Below are positions 14,001 to 28,529 of a DNA stretch of 64,000 nt, in pieces. Source of the stretch: Spirogloea muscicola (lineage: Eukaryota); contig WELB01000011.1 in NCBI GenBank assembly GCA_009602725.1, forward strand, positions 1,160,343-1,224,342, in the 5' to 3' direction. Numbering within the stretch: the first letter of the stretch is position 1; every line of letters begins with the position of its first letter. The notes beneath the pieces were generated by a model. It was not told the DNA's origin. It saw only the letters and a list, made by a program, of their open reading frames with translations, and did not search any database. Position numbers and translations under genes: made by a program.

Positions 14001-15815
14001 AGGATGTCATTGTGCTTGCAGGCGTCATGCTTCGACAGAGCCAGGAGGTAGCACTGCATGCAGCAGATCTGATGGAAGCAGCCATCTCAGTAATTCACAG
14101 CCGTCATGGCTCACAATCTGCAGAGGACATACAACAGCAGTTCCCCGAGAAGCTGACTGACACTCTGCAGGTTTCATTCTCTTTTTTCCCGAGTGCTGAA
14201 ATATTACCATTGTTGTTGCTGTATTGCGCTACTGGGCTGAGCCTTCACAACAGCATGCAATCTGCCATGGAAGCAGTGTAGTTGTTGCTGCACTTTTGTA
14301 GAGTGTTCTATCCCTGTGTTAATTACCTAGCTTAATTGGCTTGTGGTTGTGAAGCGCTGTGCTGTCTTTTGCAGGTTCTCCAGCTACGGATGGTATTGTC
14401 CTCAAGTGCTGCACTGGCCAAGCGCTGCTTCGAAGTTCTGCAAGAGGTATCTCACCTTGTTGAGCACCACAGCTGGCCTGGGCACTACTATACTTGCCAA
14501 AGCTCTGCGGAGCTTCGCTTGCACTTCTTTCAATCTCGGATTCGATCATGTTTTCGATGCAGGTCCTTCTGGTCATGTACACATCTAGGGAGCGCTTCAA
14601 AGCTGTCAGGAGCCTCATAGTACAAGCGCCCCACCCTATGATGGTGAGTGTCAGAGATGTGGAGACGGTTACTAAATGCAGGAGGCAAAAGTTTCCTGTG
14701 CTTACTCACAAGACTAGGACGACTAGGGTGTAGTGCTCGTCTTTCAGAACGACTGTCTTCTACTTTCATGGGAGTTCACTTCTGTTGTTTCCATTGGCAG
14801 GTGTCGCTGTTGCTGAGGTTTGCAAAAGAAGAGGCAGACAAGTGTCTGCAAGTACGTCTGTTGGTGCCTGGGACCAGCATGACGCCCAACACGCCCGACA
14901 CTTCCTCAAGGGAGGAGCAGTCAGACAGCGTGGCTGCCCCTGGCCAAGGAGCAACATGCACAGCTTCTGAAGGACACGACAAACAAAACGACTCTTCTCC
15001 ATTTGCTACTGCAGACATCCTCATACTGATTAAGCATGTGCTGTGCCCTCCTTCTGGACGTCCCCTGGACCTGACGGCAGAATGTGACTCAGTACGTATG
15101 CCTGGACTCTCATCGTGCACCGCTGCTTGAGTGCATTTCTGCATCAAAGTAAATCATTTGAGTGGTATAAATGCAGAATTGCGGGTAGCCATTGACACAA
15201 TCTCTTGACACAGAAGTGGTCCACCTGTATTAGACAGCCTCTAGCGCAGGATCTGACATGAACATTGGCCCAAAATCAATGCGCTGTCCTTTCATGCAGG
15301 TGATGGCTGCGCTCAATTTGTACAGGTTCCTCCTGCTGCGAGAGAGCGCCGGTGAGACCCTTTCCTCCCACTTGACTTGCACATCTGAACTCTACTCCTA
15401 CTCTTATTCTCGAGGCGCTGCTAAGTTTGGAGAAGGAGGTCGCACAACATAGGCAGCTGCACATATACATGTACATGCAGCTCGCGGAGGATCAAGCTCA
15501 ACAATGTATCGCCCACATTCTGTGCTAGCACCAGAGCCTCGTTGGCCAGCAGCTCCTGGTGAGACACGTCGCGTGGCGGCGTGTGCATTCGCAGCAGGGA
15601 GCAACCGGACAGGCATCCGCAGTGGGGCGCAGCTGGAGAGGTCAAGGCGGGAGTGGCTGCTGCCGCTGCGGCAGGCCTTGGTGGCGGCCGCGGCGGAGGA
15701 GGCGGCGGAGGAGGCAGGGGGCGCGGGTGTGGCGCTGGGCTTGCTGCTGCGCTGCCTGGAGCTCAACGAGCAGGCGCAGGCGCAGGCGCGGGCGGCGGCG
15801 GCGAGTGTTCAGTGA
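11004..15815 (+). CDS. ALF4: ABERRANT LATERAL ROOT FORMATION 4 / glomulin-like protein (multi-exon)
   Basis: Exons encode AEACDPREMFTCFLD, VFRRLPRRHATFLSEAVPIIL, VSLLLRFAKEE, VMAALNLYRFLLLRESAG|SNRTG and EWLLPLRQALV, which match motifs I recall for the ALF4 family. The start at 11004 is inferred from frame continuity. Confidence 0.8.
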
Positions 15816-15854
15816 TGGGCGGGCCAGAGCTGCCGAGCACATAAGCAAGACGGC

Positions 15855-16005
15855 GGGAAACGAAGAGTGGAGTGTGTATGGAGTGGTGGAGGAGGGCCTG
15901 AGTGGCCAAGTACCGTGGCAAGCACGGACAGGTGGACGGATTGCTTGCGTGCATTGGAAGGGGGAAACACAACGGCAAGCGCATCTGATGACGCACATTA
16001 TCACA
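15855..16005 (-). mobile_element. D-family-like retrotransposon 3'UTR fragment
   Basis: GAGTGGTGGAGGAGGGCCTGAGTGGCCAAGTAC is near-identical to 9974-10003 and related to 43530-43565. Confidence 0.6.
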
Positions 16006-16233
16006 TGATGGGGGTGGAGGTGGCGAGCCGCCGCCCCACTGCGGGCGGGGCCGGGGGGCCGGGCCCCCGGGCGGGCCGGGAGCGCCCGTATCTGTTTCCA
16101 CGGGGAGAGCCGGCGAGCCACCCCGCCCCCGCGCCACGTCACAGGATTGGGGGCCCCCTGACGGCTCTCGCCTCCTTGGTGGCCCTCATGTTCTGCTCCA
16201 CTTTGACGGCCGTGCCTGGCCCTGCCTGCCGCC

Positions 16234-16275
<42 letters not shown>

Positions 16276-16600
16276 CGCTGTCCGCCCCTATTCCGACGGC
16301 TCTAGGAACCCGAGAGCAATGCTACCAGTCCCGAGGCGCGCCGCGCCATCGGAGCCGGCCTCGCTGGCGCTGTAGCCCCACTCGGCCCGGACTAGGAGGC
16401 TCCCCGCGCCACCACCAGTGGCACGCCTCGTCGTCAGCGCCGGCGGCGGGAGGCGGCGGCCGAGGCCGCAGGAGCTCGGCCCGCTCGCAGCAGCTAGCGT
16501 CCTCGCACCACTGGAGGTCATGGCGGCAGCCCGGCGGCCGCGGCCGCTGCTGCCCATCTCTGGCAGGGGGTGAGTGCGCCAGCGCGGCGCAGCGGCCGGC

Positions 16601-17737
16601 ATGAGGGCGCTCTGCGACGTCTGCGAGGTGGCGCCCGCGCGCCTCTTCTGCGTCGCCGACGAGGCCGCGCTCTGCGACAAGTGCGACGAGAAGGTCCTGC
16701 CGCCAGGCTCTTCCCCCGTCATGCCCGGCGCCGGACTGGACGGTCATTGCCCGGCGCCACATCAGTTGGCTTGCAGCACCGGATAATTGTGCAATACGCG
16801 GACAAGGCCTCACGCAGCGGGCCGTACGGTCCACTGACCACCAATATGGAGATTTTGTGCACTCAGTCGAGTCTACCTGAGTTGGGCACTTTGGATTGTG
16901 TATGGGTGCCACCACCTCGTTACTGCCCTACTCAATTTTTCCGGTCTTTCTCCCATTTCCCGCTCCCCCCTTTGTCCTCCCTCTCTTGTCGGTGGAATGC
17001 AGGTCCACGGCTGCAACAAGCTGGCAAGCAGGCACGTGCGGCTGGCGCTGGCAGATGCGCGGGCTGTCCCGCGCTGCGATATATGCGAGAATGCACCAGG
17101 TGTGGCATTGCAACTTGCTGCTTCTCGTCATGCTGTGAACCTTGGTCTAGTCATTGTGTCCTTGGCATCCAACTCAGGCAAAAGAATCTGCAGCTCGCCC
17201 AGTTGCTGCCAGAGCAGGGTCGGTCCAAAAGTCTCACTATGTTCGGCATGGCTTCTGAATGATCAGCCTGACGCCGCCCTGCTCCATGTTGCCTCCAGCT
17301 TTTTTCCACTGCGGAATAGATGGTACATCACTATGTGTCCAGTGCGACACAGATGTGCACATTGGCGGGAAGAAGCTGCATGAGCGCTACCTGCTGATGG
17401 GCCAGCGTGTAGAGGTATGACTACATAAACAGTATATCCATAAGCTCCGCCAGTTTATTGGCTTCCTGGCAATGTTCTGATGACATACGATTGCCAAGGC
17501 TGCCTCTTCCTGGCAACAGTTGCTTGACATGCGATTGCCAAGGCTGCCTCTTCGTGTATGCACAAGCTTGGCGCGCCCTGATCAAAACCAGCCATCAAAT
17601 CATGTCTGTGTGGCGATGTGATGCAGGCAAATGTTGGTTCGTATGATCAACACTCGGAGGAGAAGGATGTGGCAGGTGTTCTTGACCATAAGGCACACGA
17701 TCATCAAGCAGTGAAGGGCCATACACGTAGCACATGA
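16601..17737 (+). CDS. Double B-box zinc finger protein (BBX18/19-like, no CCT domain)
   Basis: [94 protein letters not shown], then a last exon 17627-17737 ending TGA. Confidence 0.9.
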
Positions 17738-18205
17738 CTTCGCTTGCTTCCTCAGCTTGCACCAATGGGAAAATTGGTTCTAGATGTAGTCATCCCATTC
17801 TTTTCCTTGTTCGCTCGTTTCCTCGATCAGGTAACTGGTATCTGCTACATATTCATGACTGGCCCCTGAGTCTGGGCTGGTGTGTAACGAGGCTTGCTGC
17901 AAAAGCAAATCACAGTGGTGCGTGTCAGTCGGCAATCTTGCATCTTGCAAACTCCTGTCTCGTGGAGTAACAGCTATTCATGGCCGATGGCACATATTGG
18001 TGCCATCAGCAATATAGTAATTTAGCGTGCGGCTTAATCTTATTATGCACACCAAGAGTTGGCAATAATCGATTGGCCATGTTGTCAAACAATTTGTTCT
18101 AGATAAGTAAAGTGCGCATGGGTAGCTCTGTTGTACTTAAGCATGTGCTTGACATCCGCAGCCAGTATGACCATCATGACCTCTCATCTGATACAATAAT
18201 ATCTG

Positions 18206-21635
<3,430 letters not shown>

Positions 21636-21682
21636 CGTGCTTCTAGGCCATGGACAGAGAAAGGCGCGCGGTGTGCATGTAA

Positions 21683-22138
21683 GGGCCTGTTTACAATTGG
21701 TCAGGTGGTCACGGTCTCGTTGACCACCCCGTCAGAGGGGGGTCGCGGCCGCGGAGGCCGAGGCCGCCTGCACGTGCGGACGTGTATTTGAAACATCGTC
21801 GTTTGGGGGGGGAAATGCGGCTGCTGATATCAAAGAATCAAAGAATTAAAGGGGGGGGCGGTGACAGCTCTTTCTTTTCGGGCGGGTCTGCAGGGGAAGG
21901 GGGGGGTTGTCAAAATCGGGCTCTCCTCGGGAGGAGGGCCCGATTTTGACCCCCCTTGTGGCACACGGCGCCGTTTCCTCCTTAACGGGGGCAAATGTCG
22001 GCCTGGTCAGAGTCCGATGTGGCGCCGTCGTAGGGGGTGACCGCGACCGAGCGCGCAAGGTTGTACAAGCCGTAAATTCCATACAACGCGCGACACGTAC
22101 CCCAGGACGCGACCACCTGACCAAGTGTAAACAGGCCC
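21683..22138. mobile_element. PIF/Harbinger-type MITE (456 bp)
   Basis: TIRs of about 28 bp, GGGCCTGTTTACAATTGGTCAGGTGGTC and GACCACCTGACCAAGTGTAAACAGGCCC, flanked by TAA at 21680-21682 and 22139-22141. A 3-bp TAA/TTA TSD is typical of PIF/Harbinger. Confidence 0.92.
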
Positions 22139-22411
22139 TAAGCAGTCCAACAGCCACTTAGGGCCTGTTTACACTTGGTCACGCGGTCACGCACGTGCTG
22201 ACCGCGGGGTCAAAGGTTTGGTCACCGCCACGGAGGCCGAGGCCGCCTGCACGTGCGGTATCACCTCCCAAGCCCCGCCAGGTCGGATTGGCTGCCCGGC
22301 GCGCTAGGGCAGCAGCTTCAAACCCCGGCAGCAGCGCCGCCTCCCCCCGCCTAGTCGAGCGCCCCCGCAGGCGCACGCTCCTCCCTCCTGCTACCGACCA
22401 GGCCTGCAGGC

Positions 22412-23480
22412 ATGGGTCCCGAGCGGAGGCGGATCTGCTGCATCACGATAGCCGTCCTGGCCCGCTGGCAGTTGTGCCCGGCGGAGGCGGAGGCGGAGAC
22501 GGAGGCGGAGGCGGAGGCGGAGGTGGAGGCGGAGGTGGAGGCGGAGGCGGAGGCGGAGGCGGACCTGCTGCCGCAGTTCGACTTCAAGGCTGCCGTGGCC
22601 CTGACGAAGCTGCAGGGGAAGAAGCAGAGAGCACCGCGCCTCCTGTGGAACTCCACCCAGCCGACCGGCTGGCTCCGGCAGCTGCAGGTCGACTTCACCG
22701 AGCAGGACTTCCGGAAGCGCATGAGAGTGTCGCGCAGAGTCTTTGACAAGTTGGTCCGGGCTCTCGGCGGCACAATCGAGAAGCGGGACACGAATTTCAG
22801 AGCAGCTGTGCCGGTGGAAGCGAGGATTGCGATCACGCTGCACCGCCTGGCAACCGGGAGCTACATGAGGGCCACATCCGATCTTTTCGGGATAGCGGAG
22901 TGCACGGCGAGCATAATCATTCGGGAGGTACTGGAGGCCATCAAAGACAACCTGCTGCTGGAGCAGGTCAAGTGGCCGACGCACAAGGAGATGCTCGGCA
23001 TGGCTGCCAGATTTGAGGAGCTGGCAGGCAGCCCGTACGTCGTCAGCGCAGTCGACGGCTCGCACATCCCCATCATAGCTCCAAATAGAGAGAGCCACCA
23101 CTCTGTGGTTCTGCAGGTGGTCGCTGACGCGAACCGGAAGATCTGGGCCTTCGACGTCGGCCGGTGCGGCAGCGTACACGCCTGCACGATTTTTCAGGGT
23201 CGGCCAGCGGTGCGAGGAAGGAAGACTTGGAGACTACTGTTTGCTCGGGGATGCAGCCTATCCGCCGCGCAGATACATGTTGAGTCCTTTCAAAGGCTGC
23301 CGGGAGGGGTTGTCAGCCCTCCAACAGGACTGGAACCACAGGCAGTCCAGATTCAGGGTGGTGGTTGAACAGGCTTTGGGACATCTGAAGGGGCGGTTCA
23401 GAATTCTCCAGAAACGAATGGACGTCCAACTCAAGACTGCGAACTGGCTGGCAGCGGCCGGATGCGAACTGGCTCCATGC
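22412..23480 (+). pseudogene. Harbinger/HARBI1-type DDE transposase, frameshifted
   Basis: FRKRMRVSRRVFDKL, IAITLHRLATG, AVDGSHIPI and HSVVLQVVAD are present. GSVHACTIF stands where the usual motif is GSVHDxxxF. After a frameshift come LLGDAAYP and RVVVEQALGHLKGRFRIL. Confidence 0.88.
22480..22562 (+). repeat. (GAGGCG)n hexamer repeat encoding (AE)n in the transposase N-terminus
   Basis: Directly visible tandem GGCGGA units with occasional variants. Confidence 0.9.
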
Positions 23481-23840
23481 CCCCGCGCAGCGGAGTGCCC
23501 CCACCAGCTGGCGCTGTTGGCGCTGGTGGAGGTGACAATGGCGACGAGGCAATGTTGCCGCTGTCGCAGAATACAGGCGGTATGTCAGCTGCTGCCATGG
23601 CAGCCACCAGCTGCTGCTGCCCTGGCGACTGCGGGACTGCGCGGCCTTGGCAATCAGGATGGCGCTATGACAGCGCTGCAGGCCAGAGCTGCCGGGATGG
23701 GGGCGGGAGGGGAGCTGGGTCGGGGGACTTTCGTATTTGAAAACCCGTGTATTTTGGAGAGAAGGGGGGTGCCAGCTGTCTCGATTCGGGCAGGCCGGGC
23801 AGCGTCCCTGGGGTCCGAAGGGGGGTGGGGGGGGGGGTCA

Positions 23841-24128
23841 AAGTGTATCGAATGCGCCTGGCCGTCTCGCTGCAGAGGTCCATGGCCCGGGCGCTGCACC
23901 TTCGTGCCGGCAGAGCCCTCGCTGCTGCCTCTGGCCAGGGGACCCACTTCCAGGAAGGAGCCCAGCATCTCTGATCTGCGGCTGCTTAGCAGGGGTTACT
24001 GAGTGTCTCGTACCAGCTTTGTTTCTGTTACTTAGCGCTTCCCCTGGCCCCCTTCTCGTACTCTGTTCATTCTTTTTCGGGCTGGTTGTTCCAGCCCCTA
24101 TTCTCAATGGGCGAGCACTTTCTTCTTT
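23841..24128 (+). mobile_element. CRE-like family A, short 3' fragment
   Basis: Encodes VYRMRLAVSLQRSMARAL..ISDLRLLSRGY*, then a 3'UTR ending GGGCGAGCACTTTCTTC. It is an inverted copy of 24178-24468. Confidence 0.9.
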
Positions 24129-24177
24129 TTCTTTCTCGCTGGGCCGCCGCGCTCCTCCGCCGGCCATCTCCACATCA

Positions 24178-25171
24178 AGAAGAAGAAAGTGCTCGCCCAT
24201 TGAGAATAGGGGCTGGAACAACCAGCCCGAAAAAGAATGAACAGAGTACGAGAAGGGGGCCAGGGGAAGCGCTAAGTAACAGAAACAAAGCTGCTACGAG
24301 ACACTCAGTAACCCCTGCTAAGCAGCCGCAGATCAGAGATGCTGGGCTCCTGGAAGTGGGTCCCCTGGCCAGAGCCAGAGGCAGCAGCGAGGGCTCTGCC
24401 GGCACGAAGGTGCAGCGCCCGGGCCATGGACCTCTGCAGCGAGACGGCCAGGCGCATTCGATACACTTGCGCCAGCGACCCGGCTGCAGGGAAGTCAACC
24501 GGCTCCCCATGGAAGCGCCGGGCGATGGTGTGGCGGGCGAGCTGGGTGAGCAGCTCGAGCCACCGAGCGCCCAGCGCCCCATGTGTGTCGATGGCCAACG
24601 GGAAGAACTCGTCTTCCCGCGGATGATCCGCGTACTTCAGCTCTTTGGCCCGAGCAGCGCAGGCGACCGCATACCCAGCCGTGGTGGCACAGTTAGCTGG
24701 GTGTGAGCGGTCATAGGCATCAGTAGTCACCACGTCCAGGCGAAGACGTGGCCCGCCGGCCTGTCGGGTGGCCACCAGGTCTACACGCCTAGCGTGGAGA
24801 CCGTCGGCCCTGTGCTGGATTGGCATGATTCCGGAGTGCTCTGCTGCTACGGAGAAACCAGCCTCCAACAGGATGCAATGCATTACGTCGCGGAGGCGGT
24901 CGTGGGCCGCTGTCCGCTCTCCGCCGTGGGAACAGCGCAGAACATGAGCAGCCAGCTCTCCAGCCTCGGTCCCGCGCTCGCCACACTCACATTGACGCAC
25001 ACCCTGGAGACATGGCGGCAGCAGGCCCAGGAGCCGGTGGACGGCACTGCGGACTACCTCGTCCGGGAGGGTGAGGGCGTCGTTGAGGGGGAGGGCCTGG
25101 AGCCACGCCGCAGCCCCCGGGGAAGAGGCCGAGTGGAGTCTCGCGCGCCCGCGCAAGTCGGCCTCGGCCAC
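24178..25171 (-). mobile_element. CRE-like non-LTR retrotransposon family A, 5'-truncated (zinc knuckle plus restriction-like endonuclease)
   Basis: ORF 24305-25171 contains GAAAWLQALP, CECG..HVLRC..GGERTAAHD, RRVDLV..RLDVVTTD..KELKY..FFPLAIDTHGALG and LAVSLQR. This is the C-terminal architecture of CRE-clade ORFs. Confidence 0.88.
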
Positions 25172-25253
25172 TTAACCTTTTCCCGTGGAAGCGCTGTTTT
25201 CCCTTTCCCCCATATCTGCCCGCCCCCGCTTCTACATAAACCCAGGGCTCTCT

Positions 25254-25915
25254 GCGGCTGTTTGGGTCCTCGTTTCCACGCGGACTCTCACTTGATTTGC
25301 AGCGCTCGCAAGCACTGGCTCTTCATCAACGTGCAGGGCGCGCTCTAACTCAGGCCTCCCGCTTTCGTGGCGGCGCTCCAGCTTCCCAAGTTAGCTTGTC
25401 GGATTTGTTTGTGTTCACCCGGGGTACCGATGTCACCTTAGGCACCTTAGATTCGGTCTCCGTATCCTGTAGCCCTGTATAGTTTGCCCTAGACTCTGCC
25501 TGAACAATGTATCGGCTTGAATGGCCTCATTTCATTTCATACGCACCGCGCGCCTTCTCTCTTCCATACTCTCCTTAAGAATATCGCCAATCTATACTAC
25601 ACACGACATGCAGATGTGTTCCCGGCTAAGATGGGCTTGCCAGCTGCATCTCTGTCCTTCTTGCGACAACGATTTTCGGCCAGTTTGCAGCGTGCTCAGG
25701 CTAATGCTTTGCACCAGAAAGCTGGGCGAGCTCTAGTTGGTGGCAGAAGGGCTTCGTATCTGTCATCTAGTAGTCAGGCTTCGATTCGCGACCTTTATCT
25801 TTTGACCCGTGTTTACTGAGCGTGTCAATCTGCTGTAGGTCATGTAGGCCTTCAGATGTGCTTGCCTTTGTACTTGGCAATTTGGCCTTCGTTTGTTTCA
25901 ATGACACGAAATTTT
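25254..25915 (+). mobile_element. CRE-like family D-type fragment interrupted by a family E fragment (about 25279-25560)
   Basis: GCLGPRFH at about 25255 resumes as FHTLLKNIA..SLQRAQANALHQKAGRAL..DLYLLTRVY* at about 25561. The insert encodes LQRSQALALHQRAGRAL..SDLFVFTRG and matches 44092-44290 in inverted orientation. Confidence 0.8.
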
Positions 25916-27384
25916 TCCCTCTGCGGCTGGGGCGCCCCAAGCGAAGCACTGTTCATTCCTTGTGTACTGTTCACAGACCTCGCCCCCTGTGAAGAGAAGT
26001 GCTTGCCCTTAGAGGTAGGAAGGAGCCTCTCATGCGAGAAGGCGTCTATGCGAGATGGCGTCGATAGGTCTAAAATAAGGAAAATGCTGACGTGCTGCTT
26101 TACGTGATACACAAAGCAAATGAAGATGTTGGCTACTTTGATCTGCTGACATGAAAGGCAGTCTGATAAGGAACTAACAATTGTCATCAGTCTTCAAATA
26201 TCACAGCACCGAAACCATTCAAGAACGGTTGATATTTCACTAGGTAGCATTTTGAGTCTAAGTCTGAGTCTGAGTCTGAGTCTAATACAGCAAGCAGAAA
26301 CCCATTGCAACGGGGTGAAGACGCTTTGCAGCAGCTTGTTTGAAACGGCACTGCTCGATATCCTGCAAGCTTTAGATTTAAGCCAACTTCACTAGACCTA
26401 CCTCTACCTAAACCTCAGGTTGTCGCAAAGACCACATCAAGATGAAGGCTGCTGAAAGTGCCTCACTCACTGTTGATTGCGACTTATTAGTTGAACAGCT
26501 GTTGGACAGGATCTACTCTGCACCTGTATTGAGTTTTAATGACTTGGGGTGGACTAAGGAGACATTGAGCAGCATATTCCAGAGTAGCTCTGCTGTAGAA
26601 CAGTCTCCAAATGCTCAAGTTGCAATTGTTTCAGTTATGACTACTACTAGCAAATCCATTATGTGCTGGTTCTGGACCTTGCAGGACAACGGATGAAAGG
26701 GAGGAATAGTGTTCCTCTGTGACAATGCTGGACAACAGTCCTGGCACATTGAAGATTGAATCGACTCGACCTCCGTTGGTTCTGATCGATTCAGGTGCTC
26801 AACCTGCACTTAAGGGCAGAAAAATGGTAGCTGCATTGAAGCTGCAGGCCTGTGATATTGTCCATAGTGACATAAGTTTCAAAGACTGCAACTGGTGGTA
26901 CGGACAACATTACCGGTCTTACCAGAAATCCTTTGCAGATAACACTGTACTCGGATGATCCAGATAAGCGGACGTCACAGAGTTCCTTGCATCATTACTG
27001 TAGCAGATACTCAAGATATTCTGCTTGGAACCGGATGTCTTGTGCCATTAGGATTTGGTCTAAAATATTACACTGAAACTGCATGGCACAGACAGATTAG
27101 CAAAATTTTGTACTGCTACAGTCGAGTTGCCATTACTCAAGAATTGGTCTTATGAAGACTTGCACGCCAACAGCAATTTTACTGCAGTACATACAGGTGT
27201 ACTATCAGCTCACAAACCGCTGCTGACCAGCAACAAGTGTCCTTCACTGACAGGGCACCAGAAGCAGCTAACTTCTTTAGATGTAATTGCTACACATCAA
27301 AGTTTGAGTGCTTCACAGAAGGATTTTTTTTCCATATTGATGGCCAACCAATCCTGCAGTCGCCGTGACTCTTGCTGGAAAGAT

Positions 27385-28015
27385 GCGTCAGCGGAGAAGA
27401 GATGAGGTTTTGTCCATGAGGAAACCAGTCCCTGAGTCCGCAAGTGACGTGAAATAGCTAGCACGTCCACAACTGATAGAGGATCCTGTGGCAGAGGTTT
27501 TTTGTCATTGAGCAATTCCTGGAAAACACCATGAGACACAAATGAGATCTTTTAAGGTTTCAGCTTGAATCTGATGAAAATATAACAGTCTGCTACTTCC
27601 GCTATGTGAAGCTAATAGAGTTGTCGGAGACTCTTTCAGTTGTGGACCTGCTAGCTTTTCTCCGTCACTTGCGGACTCAGGGACTGGTATTACTGGTCCT
27701 ACGATCCCACTCTGACAAGCGCTAGCTTGTCCTCATGGACAAAACCTCATCTCTTCTCTGCTGATACATGTTGTCGGAGACTCTATCAGCTTCACATTAC
27801 GGAAGTAGCAGACTGTTATATTGTCATCAGGTTCACGCTGAAACCTTAAAAGATCTCGTTTGTCTCAGGGTGTTTTCCGGGGATTGCTTAGTAAACTGAC
27901 AAACCTCTGCCACTGGATCCTCTATCAGTTGTAAACCTGCTAGCTTTTCTACGCCACTTGCAGACTCAGGGACTGTTTTCCTCATGGACAAAACCTCATC
28001 TCTTCTCCGCTGATA
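27385..28015. repeat. Imperfect foldback: arms of about 235 bp (27385-27620 and 27783-28015) with a third partial copy between them
   Basis: GCGGAGAAGAGATGAGGTTTTGTCCATGAGGAAA.. is mirrored by ..TTTCCTCATGGACAAAACCTCATCTCTTCTCCGC. GTTGTCGGAGACTCT occurs as a direct repeat at about 27620 and 27770. Confidence 0.85.
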
Positions 28016-28360
28016 CATGTATCCAGCATCCCCGATAAAGTACTTCGCTAACAGAGTTATCTTCGACTCCCTGCTGACCTGACGTCCATGCATGTCAAGT
28101 CGACACAACTCTGCTAGGAAATGGTTTTTCACTACAGATAAGGAAGCACTACTATGAGTACCTCGGAATTTATGTAGGTCTCCTGATGCCATGTTGAATC
28201 TCTTTCTGAGGCGTGTTGATCTTAAGATCTCACTTGAGCTACCTGCTTCCACACGTGATCCAACAACAGCAGTAACAGTTGGCTCATCGACAAGATTTAT
28301 GTCTGTCGAATAGCTTTCACTTTCAGGCTCCAGATTGACGATATTGCCTGACCTAAGTGT
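27785..28360 (-). pseudogene. Degenerate Gag-like ORF of an LTR retroelement
   Basis: KFRG..FLAEL..SKITLLAKYFIGDAGYMY and, after a frameshift, FQREPDDNITVCYFR resemble retrotransposon Gag by eye. The ORF lies just downstream of the putative LTR and PBS. Confidence 0.4.
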
Positions 28361-28529
28361 CATGCAATAGTAGCTGAGAAGTAGACCACAACTCAATCGC
28401 CAGCTGATCTGTAATACTGGCAACAAGCCCACGTAGAAAAACAGTTGCACGACCAGCTTTGAGCGAAGTCAAGCAAGTGCAAACAGTCTAATGCAATAAA
28501 CTCAAGCTCAAGAGTTCGCTTGGCAAACT

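Larger units (their letters stand above)
22161..23840 (+). mobile_element. Truncated PIF/Harbinger transposon, left end plus transposase
   Basis: TTA followed by the same TIR GGGCCTGTTTACACTTGGTCA. Subterminal sequence is shared with the MITE (CGGAGGCCGAGGCCGCCTGCACGTGCGG). No right TIR was found, and the element stops at a retrotransposon fragment. Confidence 0.85.

Noticed and set aside
15867..16604. 245-aa Pro/Arg-rich ORF before BBX
   Set aside because: No recognisable domain. It begins in a retro UTR fragment and is explained by stop-poor GC-rich DNA and a (GCC)n tract.
22412..23480. Domesticated HARBI1/ALP1-like host gene
   Set aside because: It is preceded by a TIR and TTA, intronless, frameshifted and missing a catalytic Asp. 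It is better explained as a decayed transposon.
24075..24128. HDV-like ribozyme in the tail motif (CCAGCCC..TCCTC/TTCTC..GGGCG resembles the P2-P3-L3 region)
   Set aside because: The motif ends in the (TTC)n tail with no P1', P4, J4/2 or P2' strands, and it sits at the element 3' end rather than the 5' end.
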